Positions 24,455-34,435 of a stretch of DNA of 64,000 nucleotides are shown here, piece after piece. A program made the translations under genes and the position numbers. The stretch covers positions 3,579-67,578 of the forward strand of contig CAJAXK010000015.1 of assembly GCA_903946925.1 (NCBI GenBank), in the 5' to 3' direction. How positions within the stretch are numbered: position 1 is the first letter of the stretch; each line of letters opens with the position of its first letter. A model generated the notes under the pieces. It had not been told where the DNA came from and searched no databases. It saw only the letters and a list, made by a program, of their open reading frames with translations. Origin of the DNA: an uncultured Bacteroidales bacterium (GTDB lineage: Bacteria; Bacteroidota; Bacteroidia; Bacteroidales; UBA4417).

Positions 24455-25210
24455 CTTTCAAATCAATGTGTGTTTTATTAATAATGTAACAGTCCAGGAT
24501 TTTTAATAGTCTGGCACATTTAATTTTATTGTTTTGAATTCAAAATCCCGCATTTCAAGATCCTAAAATTTAATTGTAGTTTATAATAAAAGGAGGAATG
24601 CTTACTGTTCCTAAGAATTCAGTTTTGTGGCTTTATAACTATACAATATTCCTTTTAAATATTGCATATAAATGAAAATCAGATATTTAAAAATTATTTT
24701 ATAAAAATCGCGAATAACTGTTACAAAAAAAGAAGGCCCTACATATACTATCGAACAACATCATGCAGTACGTAAATCGGGAGTTAAAACGGAACTGAAA
24801 TTTGCAAATCTGAGTTTCCCGATGAAAGTAAACCAAAAACCAAAAACCTCCTAAAACCTTATAGCCATGGAACCAAATACTGATTATCTGAAAGACCAAA
24901 CAGTTGCAACGCTAATGGCCTTAGTTTACTTCGCCATCCTGACATTCATTTCGATACTGACAACTTAAATTTTTTTTGAAAAAAATTGATTGTCTGTTAC
25001 ACATTGAAAAAACTCCACATTTAAAGTAAAACACACGATTATGAAACCTCACTCAAAATCAAATTCCAGGGCAAGTCCTTCCGATAGCCCTCTGCCAGAC
25101 CAAAAACAGTAATCCATTTTTGGCGAAAAAAGGCAGCAAAAGCTGAAATCAAAAATCAAATAGCCTGAAAATCAAAAAAAACTTTTAACAACCATTAAAT
25201 CCCCAAAACC

Positions 25211-26098
25211 ATGAAAACAATTAATTTCCTTCTCGTGTCACTTATGACCAGTGTTGTCCTGTTCTCTGCATGTCAAAAAGATGAGCTAGACGTAGTACCA
25301 ACCACCAGCAAGAATGAGGCTGAGTATAAAGCAGTTTTGCCTGCCCCACCCACTGTAAACCTAAACTGGCAGGACGACTTTACATCGGCCAGCTCATTAC
25401 CATCAAACTGGAATCTTTATGGTAAATCCCTGCCAACATTTGTCCCCTTTGCAGGAAACAGGTACGGCCTGTTCGATAATAATGGCAAGCTGCCTGATGG
25501 AAGTTTTGCTGTTTCAAAAAGAAAAATTGGCTATGGCCGCGGCTATACAATTGAATCAGACGTTTTTATTGATGTAAACAAACCTCTATCCGGCACTGTA
25601 ATCTGCCCTGAAATCGGTGTAGCGCAAAATGTTATTGAACCATCAAGCGGAGGCACTGTTGCAGAAGGAATTTCAATGAAACTGATGTATATTGGCCAAG
25701 GCGTTTCCAATGTTGATCCTGCTTACCACACACGTACAGTTATTCTGATGTCGGTGCTTTTACAGAACGGAAATATTATAACTTCCGGTGAACTTGGCAG
25801 CGCCCCTACTGACTCATTCGATAATTATGCCCTCCCTATCACGACAGCTACTTCAAAATGGCATAAAATGAAAATAGTGGTAAATTCCTTAGGCCGTGTT
25901 TCGTTCTATCTTGATAACAAGTTCGTATGGTCACCAGCAATGCCGGCACATCCTTCGCTCATGAAAAACAGAAGCGTAGTCCTTGGTTTCTCCTCTCCTG
26001 GTAACGGCGGCAAAGCATACCACGACTACGTAAAGGTAACCTATCCCTCAAACATTGAACTGCAATCAGTAAATAGTGCAGAGCAAACGATAAACTAA
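25211..26098 (+). CDS. Lipoprotein, possibly with a concanavalin-A-like / LamG-like beta-sandwich (tentative)
   Basis: Signal plus lipobox VLFSAC. The C-terminal WHKMKIVVNSLGRVSFYLDNKFVW pattern is typical of lectin/glucanase-fold domains. Confidence 0.6.
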   Translation: MKTINFLLVSLMTSVVLFSACQKDELDVVPTTSKNEAEYKAVLPAPPTVNLNWQDDFTSASSLPSNWNLYGKSLPTFVPFAGNRYGLFDNNGKLPDGSFAVSKRKIGYGRGYTIESDVFIDVNKPLSGTVICPEIGVAQNVIEPSSGGTVAEGISMKLMYIGQGVSNVDPAYHTRTVILMSVLLQNGNIITSGELGSAPTDSFDNYALPITTATSKWHKMKIVVNSLGRVSFYLDNKFVWSPAMPAHPSLMKNRSVVLGFSSPGNGGKAYHDYVKVTYPSNIELQSVNSAEQTIN

Positions 26099-26134
26099 AT
26101 TTTGCTTCGCCCGGTTTTTAATTCCCAACCTGAA

Positions 26135-26175
26135 AACAACCTGCTTCTTAACCAAAGGAAGCAGGTTGTTTTTTG
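26135..26175 (+). terminator. Rho-independent terminator
   Basis: AACAACCTGCTTC (26135-26147) pairs with GAAGCAGGTTGTT (26158-26170) and is followed by TTTTT. It lies between convergent genes. Confidence 0.8.
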
Positions 26176-26254
26176 TAAAATGCTGGTTCCGCAATAATTA
26201 TTAGTTCTACCAGATATTGTAACAAATCGGCATGTAAAGCTCAGGAAAATCAAA

Positions 26255-29200
26255 CTATTCCGGATTCTTTGGTGTTTCTATCTTCTTTTTTCTTGTAAAC
26301 AGTTCTTTAAAAGTATTGAATTCCTTCCGGAACCCTATGCCAATACCTTGTGTATAAAGTGAATATCCTGAGTAATCGAGTGTTGTGTTTGTACGGTTAA
26401 AGGCTCTGCCAACCAAACGGCCATCTTCTGTAATTTTTACCTCAACCAGCACATCGCCAATAAACTGCGACGATTGGTCCGAAACATTGGTGGTTTGCCC
26501 AACAGCCCCATCAATGGTAACACGGTTGTTAAATAGCTGGGTGGAAAGTGCAAGCTCCAACTCCTGTGGCGAAATCTGATCGCCTGGACGATAATTCACC
26601 CCAATATCAAAATCCTTCGAAATTTGCGAAAGCATCCGGCTCAATTGGGCACTAATAATATCATAAGATGAAATGCCAAGGGAAGCACCAGTGGTTGAAA
26701 TCCCTGATGAAGAACTGAACGTGTTGAGCACCAAGAGAGAAATCATTTGCTGGTTCATTTCAAGTGCATTCGAGGTGTCAATAAGTGCGAAAATAGCCCT
26801 TTTTACCTCTTCGCTTGCATCGGGCAAGGCAATGCTGAACTTAATATCGGGATTGTATAAATTATTGGTCAGCGAAACCAAACAATTTACATTTAAGCGG
26901 GTTGACTTTGGCAAACCGGCAATTTCGGGTAAGCCCGCTAACGAAGTTTTTACTTTATATACCGCCTGCAACCTAATATCTGAGTCGAATGGGCTTCCGT
27001 TAAATGTAATAACACCGCCTTTTTGAATCTGGAAGTTCTTCTTCAATATGTTTTCGAAATTGAATAAAAAATCGCCATTGTCCATTACAAACTGGCCAAA
27101 CATGGAGTAATCGCCCCGCGAATCAATTCCCATATTTATTAAACCATCACCACGAACATCAATATTGCCCATATTGTAAGGCAGTATAATACCAATATTG
27201 GCATTCCGGGTTACATCAAGCCCAAGTTGAAGCGAAAGGACCGATGGTTCTTCGGGAATAATTTGATTATCAATATCAAGCTCATTATGTACCGTATAAT
27301 GGATAAAGTCGTTCTCGGAAATATTGCGGGCAAAACTTATAGGGATAAAAACACCTGTACCTTTATCGGAAGTTAAATTTGCTTTTAAAACAAGGTCATC
27401 CACAGGGCCTTTAATTGTCATTGTGCCACTTGCCTTTGCCCTTCCATAATACGCTTCGTTGGGGTTGTATGGCGTGTTGAGGGCCGAAAGTTTGTCGGCT
27501 TTCAACGTAATATCAAGGGCAAAATCCGAAAAAGCCTTATGGTGTATAAACCCGGAAACTACCCCTGTGCTCATAGTAGTGTCAGTTAGCACCAAATCCT
27601 TGAACCACATCAAATCTTTATCGAAATTAAAATCGCCGGTAAAGGAATAGGAAGTCCGCAAATAATCGACCAAGAGTTCTGAACGCATAAGTTTTACTTT
27701 TCCTTTGAGAACTGGGTCGGAAAAATCGCCTGTAAATGTTAAAGCCCCCGAAATGTAGCCCCGGATGCGGGAAAAAACCCCTTCGAGGAAAGGTTCAATG
27801 GTTCGAAGTTTCAAATTGTCCACATCAACCGTGAGGTCGAAATTATCGTGTTCTTGTTCAGGATATATGTTGCCAAGTACTTTTATTGGATAATGAGTGC
27901 CGGCATTGCCCACAAACACAACCCGCAAATCGACTCCTATAAGGCTTTTGTCGCTGTCCCAATAGCTTTTCAATTCGGCATCCCCAAGGCTTTCGTGGTT
28001 AAACCCAAATTTTTTAATACTGATATCCGCCGACACACGAGGAACGGCATACAGCTCCGAAACCGTCAATTTCCCATCAACATAGCCATCAAAATCAATC
28101 CCTATTTGCTCTGTCAACACATCGGTTTGCGAAATGTTAAAACCTTTAATGTCTAATTCCATTTGGCTTAACGGGTCAACGGAAGCTATCCCATTCAGGT
28201 AAATATGGTTATCTTTATTTGTGAAACCCATTTTGGTGATTTCGATATACGATGTGTCGATAATTGCCAGGTTTCCGGGTATCGATCTCCAAACTGTATC
28301 ATTTACCATTATTTCGGCATTATCGAAACGTAATGCAAGCCGTGGCATTTGCACAAAAGAAATTGCGCCCGAAATATCCCCTTTATTGTGGTCGGGGATT
28401 TTAAAATCGTCCCATCTGATTCCAAATTTTACACTGTCGTTGGCCGCAATTGCCGTTAATTTGAATTGTTCAATGCTTTTAATCGTTGTATCAGGTTTAA
28501 CCTTGGTCGAAGTGTTGATTTTGCTGCAATCCATTGCAACTAAAAGTTGGTTATTAACAGTTGACCCAACCAAAGTCCAATCGTGCAGCACAAAACCGTT
28601 CAATATTAGCATTGGTGAATGGCCATTAACGTTAACCTCTCCAAGTTCAGGCTCAAACTTTCCGGAAATTACTGTTTCCGGATCCATTTTAATCCAGGGG
28701 ACGAACATCGAAGTTAACGAATCGGTATCGTGTAACTGAATAGTATAATCGAAACGCCCGCGATTTATGCGTTCCGGGCTTTTTCCGGTGGCCGATAGCG
28801 ATGGGAGGAAATCTGTAAAAGCCATTGTCAGATATTCGGCCATATCGTCAAATGTGTATTGTCCCGAGAACACGGCATTTACGAAATCACTTTTAACATC
28901 CATCTGTTTGCCCCCGTTTTCGAGTGATTGGGTATGAACGGAAAGCTCGTCCATTTTCAAGGTTCGTTGCCCGAGCGTAAAAGAGGTATTGGTAAAACTG
29001 AGCGACCCAATCAAGTTGTCGATGGAATTGCCCTGAAAATTAAAATTGGTTTTGGTTGACAGTGTAACCGCAGAATCGGAAGTTATAAGGTTAAGTTTAT
29101 TTAAGTCGGCATACTCCAGGCCTGCAACAAAATCGAAAGCTGGTAGCGTATCCGAAAAATCGGCCGATCCGTTAAAATCGAAGCTCAGCAGTTTATCGTT

Positions 29201-30670
29201 AACATATATGCCACCTGTAAACTTCTTTTTCCGCAACAATCCGTCAACGTTAATTAAGCCAATAGTGTTGCCCTCGTATTGCAGCTTGGTCATTTCGCCT
29301 TTTATGCGTAAATCTGCTTCTTCGAACGAAAAATTTTTGCCTTTTATAGTTGCATAAAGGTCCACCGTGCCTAATTGTTTACTATCGAGCATCTTGCCGG
29401 CATCAAATTCCTCTACCAATATTTTCCCGTCATATTCAATACTCTTGGTTACTTTGTTGTTGGTAAGCAAAATATCGGTTGTAACCTGACCCACGTCAGT
29501 AATGAAAGTAGCTTTTGAAACAAAATCATTGTAAAAGCCAGTGAATCGGCCATTTACGCCAACATTCCCTAATTTGGCTAAGTTAGCAGGCATTGCAATC
29601 GTATTAATGCCTTCGGAATAAGGCAGCGTAAATGAACCTATATCGCCTGCATTGGCATACAACTCATCAATTTTAAGGTTTATAAATGTTTCTTCCAGGT
29701 TTGGCAAACCATTCATGATAATATTTCCTTTGAACGAGGTTTGCTTACCAAGTGCGAATTGAAAATCCTTGGCACTAAACGAAGAAACTGTTCCCCTGAC
29801 TTTACCCGAAAAATCAATTAAATTATCCATGCCATCCAAATCGGAGGCGAAGGAAACAATATCGCGCATATCGAGCTGCGATGGCTCAATTGTGGCAGTA
29901 AACTTAATGCTATCCAAGAAGTAGTTATAGGCATCCCAATTATCATATTCAAACTTTAGGTCCATCGACAAGCGGCTTTTGGCTGTGGTAAACTGAAGTT
30001 TATCCGCTTTCAGTCCGCGAGGGCAAACAATGGCTTTGGTTGAAAAATCATCGATCCTGAACCCGCTTTTTTCTTTCAGTGCCAATTGCCTGATGTCGCC
30101 TTGTATAGTATCGCCATGGAGCGAAATATTCCTTACTTCGAGGTTTAACTTCGCAAAATCCAAATCTGAAAAATCAATGCCTTTGCCCGGTTTCATATAG
30201 CGTTCGTCGCGCATGGCAAAGTGCGATTCTTTTAGTTTTACATTATCAGCTATTAAAACCCATGGTGCCGATGGTGTTGTATCTTTTGGCCCAGATGAGG
30301 CAAAGTGGTCAATAATAAACTGGAGATTTAAGCTGCTGTCGTTTTTGTAATAGATAAGGTTGATATCGGCATTGCCAAGTAAAATTTCATTCAAATGCAA
30401 TTTATGTGCTTTAAAATCAATAGATTTGACATCAGCCCTGATTTTTTTCGCCTGGAATAAAACATTTTTGTGTTTGTCGCGGATCCTGATATCGGTGATT
30501 ACAGCTTCCAGGAACCAGTTTAAACGGAAATCGCCAATAACGACTTCTGTTTCTAATTCCTTCGAGAGGAAGCTGGCAGCCTCGTGTGCTAAATAGCTTT
30601 GCACCACTGCCGTACGGAGCATTAAAAAAGCGGCCAGCGGCGTAAGCAACAGGGACAGCATTACAACCAA
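26255..30670 (-). CDS. tamB: Translocation and assembly module protein TamB-like (DUF490-type giant envelope protein)
   Basis: 1471 aa with an N-terminal TM anchor and a long beta-rich repetitive body. It is divergent from tsaD, which I recall as a common arrangement in Bacteroidota. Confidence 0.7.
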   Translation of the reverse strand: MVVMLSLLLTPLAAFLMLRTAVVQSYLAHEAASFLSKELETEVVIGDFRLNWFLEAVITDIRIRDKHKNVLFQAKKIRADVKSIDFKAHKLHLNEILLGNADINLIYYKNDSSLNLQFIIDHFASSGPKDTTPSAPWVLIADNVKLKESHFAMRDERYMKPGKGIDFSDLDFAKLNLEVRNISLHGDTIQGDIRQLALKEKSGFRIDDFSTKAIVCPRGLKADKLQFTTAKSRLSMDLKFEYDNWDAYNYFLDSIKFTATIEPSQLDMRDIVSFASDLDGMDNLIDFSGKVRGTVSSFSAKDFQFALGKQTSFKGNIIMNGLPNLEETFINLKIDELYANAGDIGSFTLPYSEGINTIAMPANLAKLGNVGVNGRFTGFYNDFVSKATFITDVGQVTTDILLTNNKVTKSIEYDGKILVEEFDAGKMLDSKQLGTVDLYATIKGKNFSFEEADLRIKGEMTKLQYEGNTIGLINVDGLLRKKKFTGGIYVNDKLLSFDFNGSADFSDTLPAFDFVAGLEYADLNKLNLITSDSAVTLSTKTNFNFQGNSIDNLIGSLSFTNTSFTLGQRTLKMDELSVHTQSLENGGKQMDVKSDFVNAVFSGQYTFDDMAEYLTMAFTDFLPSLSATGKSPERINRGRFDYTIQLHDTDSLTSMFVPWIKMDPETVISGKFEPELGEVNVNGHSPMLILNGFVLHDWTLVGSTVNNQLLVAMDCSKINTSTKVKPDTTIKSIEQFKLTAIAANDSVKFGIRWDDFKIPDHNKGDISGAISFVQMPRLALRFDNAEIMVNDTVWRSIPGNLAIIDTSYIEITKMGFTNKDNHIYLNGIASVDPLSQMELDIKGFNISQTDVLTEQIGIDFDGYVDGKLTVSELYAVPRVSADISIKKFGFNHESLGDAELKSYWDSDKSLIGVDLRVVFVGNAGTHYPIKVLGNIYPEQEHDNFDLTVDVDNLKLRTIEPFLEGVFSRIRGYISGALTFTGDFSDPVLKGKVKLMRSELLVDYLRTSYSFTGDFNFDKDLMWFKDLVLTDTTMSTGVVSGFIHHKAFSDFALDITLKADKLSALNTPYNPNEAYYGRAKASGTMTIKGPVDDLVLKANLTSDKGTGVFIPISFARNISENDFIHYTVHNELDIDNQIIPEEPSVLSLQLGLDVTRNANIGIILPYNMGNIDVRGDGLINMGIDSRGDYSMFGQFVMDNGDFLFNFENILKKNFQIQKGGVITFNGSPFDSDIRLQAVYKVKTSLAGLPEIAGLPKSTRLNVNCLVSLTNNLYNPDIKFSIALPDASEEVKRAIFALIDTSNALEMNQQMISLLVLNTFSSSSGISTTGASLGISSYDIISAQLSRMLSQISKDFDIGVNYRPGDQISPQELELALSTQLFNNRVTIDGAVGQTTNVSDQSSQFIGDVLVEVKITEDGRLVGRAFNRTNTTLDYSGYSLYTQGIGIGFRKEFNTFKELFTRKKKIETPKNPE

Positions 30671-30778
30671 TAGTATGCCAACTGGTTTTTTGATACTTTT
30701 GCAGTTTAAAAATTAATAATCCCTCCCCATTTTTCAACCTTGCTTTTTCAAAACAAACAATAACCTTTAATCCCGTTT

Positions 30779-31798
30779 ATGCCTGTTTATATCCTTGGAA
30801 TCGAATCCTCCTGCGACGACACCTCAGCCTCTGTGCTGAAAGACAATATATTGCTTTCAAACATCATTGCTAACCAACAGGTACATAAAGCTTTTGGCGG
30901 TGTAGTGCCGGAACTGGCTTCGAGGGCACATCAGCAAAATATTATTCCTGTAATCGACAAGGCGCTCAAAGATGCAAATGTAAGAAAAACTGAATTAAGT
31001 GCGGTTGCTTTTACCCGTGGGCCGGGATTGCTTGGTTCGCTGCTGGTCGGCACTTCGTTTGCCAAATCTTTTGCCCTCGGTTTGAATATACCACTTGTTG
31101 AGGTTAACCATTTAAAAGCACATATCCTGGCTCATTTTGTTATTCAACCAGGTAAGGAAAAAGCTTTGCCTAGGTTTCCATTTTTATGCCTTACAGTATC
31201 GGGTGGGCATACACAAATTGTTGTTGTTAAGGATTTTAACGAAATGCAGATTATAGGCCAAACCATTGATGATGCTGCAGGCGAGGCTTTTGACAAATCG
31301 GCAAAAATATTGGGATTGGAATATCCGGGCGGGCCACTAATTGATAAACTTGCCCAAACCGGGAATCCAGGTGCTTTTTCGTTTGCAAAAACAAACGTTC
31401 CAGGGCTAAACTTTAGTTTCAGTGGGCTAAAAACGTCGATCCTTTATTTCCTAAGGGATAAATTGAAAGAAGACTCATTATTTATACAAAACAATTTGCC
31501 CGATTTGTGTGCGTCCATACAATCGGCTATTGTAAATACGCTGATGATAAAACTAAAACTGGCCAGCCAGCAGACAGGTATTACCGAAATTGCCATTGCC
31601 GGAGGGGTTTCGGCCAATTCGGGATTAAGAAATGCAGTATCCAATATGCAATCAAGCGCAGGCTGGAAAGTGCATATCCCTGAATTTCAGTTTACCACTG
31701 ATAATGCAGCCATGATAGCCGTGGCTGGGTATTACAAATTCCTCGAAGGGGCTTTTGCCGATCAATCCGTTACACCGTATTCGAGGGGCGGAATTTAA
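30779..31798 (+). CDS. tsaD: tRNA N6-adenosine threonylcarbamoyltransferase TsaD
   Basis: ILGIESSCDDTSASV, GGVVPELASRAHQQNI, VSGGHTQ and IAGGVSANSGLR are hallmark Kae1/TsaD motifs. Confidence 0.95.
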   Translation: MPVYILGIESSCDDTSASVLKDNILLSNIIANQQVHKAFGGVVPELASRAHQQNIIPVIDKALKDANVRKTELSAVAFTRGPGLLGSLLVGTSFAKSFALGLNIPLVEVNHLKAHILAHFVIQPGKEKALPRFPFLCLTVSGGHTQIVVVKDFNEMQIIGQTIDDAAGEAFDKSAKILGLEYPGGPLIDKLAQTGNPGAFSFAKTNVPGLNFSFSGLKTSILYFLRDKLKEDSLFIQNNLPDLCASIQSAIVNTLMIKLKLASQQTGITEIAIAGGVSANSGLRNAVSNMQSSAGWKVHIPEFQFTTDNAAMIAVAGYYKFLEGAFADQSVTPYSRGGI

Positions 31799-32076
31799 CG
31801 ATACAAGCACAAATAAGTTGTGTCGGAATCGGCTTTCACTTTAAAAGTCACACCTTTTTCAACCCTAAAAGTTTCGAATGGTTTGTATGATTTCCATTCG
31901 GTTTCGCCGGGCTGCATTACATTTAATTCACCCGAAGTTACTGTCATATATTCTACCGAAGAAGTGCCAAAATTATATTCACCTGCAGCCATAACTCCAA
32001 TGGTAGCTGGGCCGTCGGGCATTTCAAAAGCAATGGATTTTACGTTTCCATCGAAGTATTCGTTTGTTTTGAACAT
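31795..32076 (-). CDS. ppnP: Pyrimidine/purine nucleoside phosphorylase PpnP (DUF1255)
   Basis: The 93-aa sequence MFKTNEYFDGNVKSIAF...GEYNFGTSSVEYMTVTSGELNV...YLCLYR is collinear with E. coli PpnP/YaiE. Confidence 0.9.
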   Translation of the reverse strand: MFKTNEYFDGNVKSIAFEMPDGPATIGVMAAGEYNFGTSSVEYMTVTSGELNVMQPGETEWKSYKPFETFRVEKGVTFKVKADSDTTYLCLYR

Positions 32077-32290
32077 GGTTATTGGTTATTGGTTAATGGT
32101 TATTCGTTATTCGTTAATGGTTATTGGCGGCAACTGAGCGTTGGTTGTTGAGCCATTCGCCGAAACAAACCGAAGTGTTATTGGTTAATGGTTATTGGCG
32201 GACACTGAGCTTGTCGAAGTGTTATTGGTTATTGGTTATTGGCGGACATCGCACATCGCACCTCCCACATCCAACCTCCCACATCTTACC
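32077..32290. repeat. Imperfect simple-sequence tract (GGTTATTG / GGTTAATG words, then CACATC / CCTCCCACATC words)
   Basis: GGTTATTGGTTATTGGTTAATGGTTATTCGTTATTCGTTAATGGTTATTGGCGG... includes two copies of GGTTATTGGCGG(C/A)(A)ACTGAGC. It starts immediately after the ppnP start codon. Confidence 0.9.
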
Positions 32291-33128
32291 TCACAACATC
32301 GAACCTCTCGTTCAAGCCTTTTTTTAACGATTTCGAACTAAAATCGTAATGAAAATATTCGCGGTTTATAATACTAGAGGGAAGGTTTTCGCGGATGTAG
32401 TCGTTCATAAAATAATCGAAAAGAAGCTCGGCATGTTTTTGACCTGAAGATTCAGCCATAGCATATACATCCTGCATTGCAATTGAATCACGATTTCCAA
32501 GCATCCCAAAATCGCCCTGCATCAGGTCAATATCAAGCCCAAGATGGTAATCATCCTGAATATATCCTTCGAGATAAAGAACTTGCTTATTTGATGAGTT
32601 TGTCCGGCTTACCTCAAGCCAACTGCTCAGATTTACCTGATTTACCCTAAAATCTTCGTAAAATATGGTATTGTCTTCAACTGAATATTTCTGCTGATAC
32701 TTTATCTTATACTCTTCATCTAGTTGAAGTTGTGCCAATTGGACAATCCATTTTGGATCGGGCAGAGAAAGGTACAGGTCGGAGGTTTCATCCAGATAAA
32801 CGTCGTAACCAATTTTTGAAAGTTGGTTTATAAGGCTATTTGTAAAGTTTGTAAGGAAAATCGAGTCGGAAACATGCTGTATAAAAAGAGATTGCGACCA
32901 TGCCAACGAATCAATTTGTTCGGGGCTGTACCTAATACTGGTATCGTAAGTAACAGTTAGGTTCTCTTTGAATAAATCGTACAGGGGAACTATCATAACT
33001 CCATTCCCTTTATGGTTTTTCACATAATTCCGGGCGAGTTTGCGCTCAGGGCTACAAGCTCCCAATAGGAACAGGATAAAAATACCTGCCAAGCCTATTT
33101 TTGGAACCGAAATTATTTTTCTCACCAC
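32286..33128 (-). CDS. Hypothetical lipoprotein (280 aa)
   Basis: Signal plus lipobox FLLGAC. No recognisable family. Confidence 0.65.
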   Translation of the reverse strand: MVRKIISVPKIGLAGIFILFLLGACSPERKLARNYVKNHKGNGVMIVPLYDLFKENLTVTYDTSIRYSPEQIDSLAWSQSLFIQHVSDSIFLTNFTNSLINQLSKIGYDVYLDETSDLYLSLPDPKWIVQLAQLQLDEEYKIKYQQKYSVEDNTIFYEDFRVNQVNLSSWLEVSRTNSSNKQVLYLEGYIQDDYHLGLDIDLMQGDFGMLGNRDSIAMQDVYAMAESSGQKHAELLFDYFMNDYIRENLPSSIINREYFHYDFSSKSLKKGLNERFDVVR

Positions 33129-33146
33129 TGTGAATGAAATATCAGA

Positions 33147-34361
33147 TTATTCAACTGTCAGATTTTTCAACATCTGATCAGCAAATGCCTTACCGAATGC
33201 TATGCCTTTTTGAATGCCTTCTTCGTGTGGCGTAAATTTGATGTATAATCCTTCACCAAAGTATTTTAACTTAAGATTGGCCAGATTAGATTCCAGCATT
33301 TTCGAAGCTTCCCCGCTCCATCCGTATGAACCAAACGAAGAAGCCAGCTTTCCTTTGTCACGAAGTGGGTTTATGGCAGCAAATAACTGGTAAACAGGCA
33401 TTAATATATTTTGATTAATGGTTGGCGATCCTACCAGAAGGCCAGTACAGTTAGACATATAATATTCCATGTGCTCCAACGACATGTTTTCGATATCATG
33501 AACTTCCACATGTACCCCTGGCACCTGGCTTACGCCTTTTGCAATAGCCTCTGCAATTGAAGAAGTATTGTGGTAGGCAGAAACATAAGGAATAAAAACC
33601 ATTGGTTTGTCGCCTAATGACAGGGCTTCCTTTGCATATTTTTCGCTCAAATCCACATACTTTTTCCAATGGGTACGAAGAATTGGGCCGTGACCCGGAC
33701 AAACTGAACTGATTGGCAAAGGCCTGATTTTTTCAATTGCCCTCAACATAAATTTGCTGAACGGCTTAAGGATTACATCAAAGTAATACCTGAAGGCATC
33801 GTCCCAGTTCCCAACTTTATCATCGAACATGCGCGAATCGCAGTAATGGGCACCAAATGAGTCGCAGGTAAAAAGGATATTTTCACCTTGCAAAAATGAA
33901 TAAATGCTATCGGGCCAATGCAAATTGGCCGCACCGATTACCTGAATTTTTTTGTTGCCAAGATCAAGAATATCGCCATCGCGAACTTGAAGATGCTTAA
34001 AATCGCGGCCCAGCATATCTTTTAGGTAACGTATGGCATTACCGCTGCCAACCACAGTTGCGTTTGGCGCAATTTCCAGAATTTTAGAAAGGCTTCCCGA
34101 ATGGTCAGGTTCGGTATGGTTTACTACAATGTACTCCAATTCTGCCGGGTCGGTAAGTTGTTTTAGCTTTTCGAGAAAAACAGGGAAATACTTGTCTTTA
34201 ACTGTCTCAACAAGGGTTTTTTTCTCCGCATTTATAAAATACGAATTGTAAGTTGTGCCATACGGGGTATGCATTACCACATCAAAAGTTACCAACTCGC
34301 GGTCGAGAACACCTAACCAGTGTACATCCTTTGTGATTTCAAGAATTTTATCGTCGATCAT
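33147..34361 (-). CDS. FprA-family flavodiiron protein (metallo-beta-lactamase-like domain plus flavodoxin-like domain; O2/NO reductase class)
   Basis: Di-iron ligand motif VVNHTEPDHSGS and a C-terminal flavodoxin-like segment MVFIPYVSAYHNTSSIAEAIAKG. The 404-aa length fits. Confidence 0.9.
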   Translation of the reverse strand: MIDDKILEITKDVHWLGVLDRELVTFDVVMHTPYGTTYNSYFINAEKKTLVETVKDKYFPVFLEKLKQLTDPAELEYIVVNHTEPDHSGSLSKILEIAPNATVVGSGNAIRYLKDMLGRDFKHLQVRDGDILDLGNKKIQVIGAANLHWPDSIYSFLQGENILFTCDSFGAHYCDSRMFDDKVGNWDDAFRYYFDVILKPFSKFMLRAIEKIRPLPISSVCPGHGPILRTHWKKYVDLSEKYAKEALSLGDKPMVFIPYVSAYHNTSSIAEAIAKGVSQVPGVHVEVHDIENMSLEHMEYYMSNCTGLLVGSPTINQNILMPVYQLFAAINPLRDKGKLASSFGSYGWSGEASKMLESNLANLKLKYFGEGLYIKFTPHEEGIQKGIAFGKAFADQMLKNLTVE

Positions 34362-34435
34362 ATTTTTTTATTTCAGTAATTGGTAAAGGGTGTATTTAAT
34401 TATCCTATGATAGTGTTCGTTTTTCGTTTTACTTC

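Noticed and set aside
24699-24899. 66-aa minus-strand ORF in the AT-rich gap
   Set aside because: It is Phe/Cys/Arg-rich with no signal, TM logic or motif, and is probably a chance ORF in AT-rich DNA.
32124-32327. 67-aa ORF upstream of ppnP
   Set aside because: It lies inside the GGTTATTG / CACATC simple-sequence tract.
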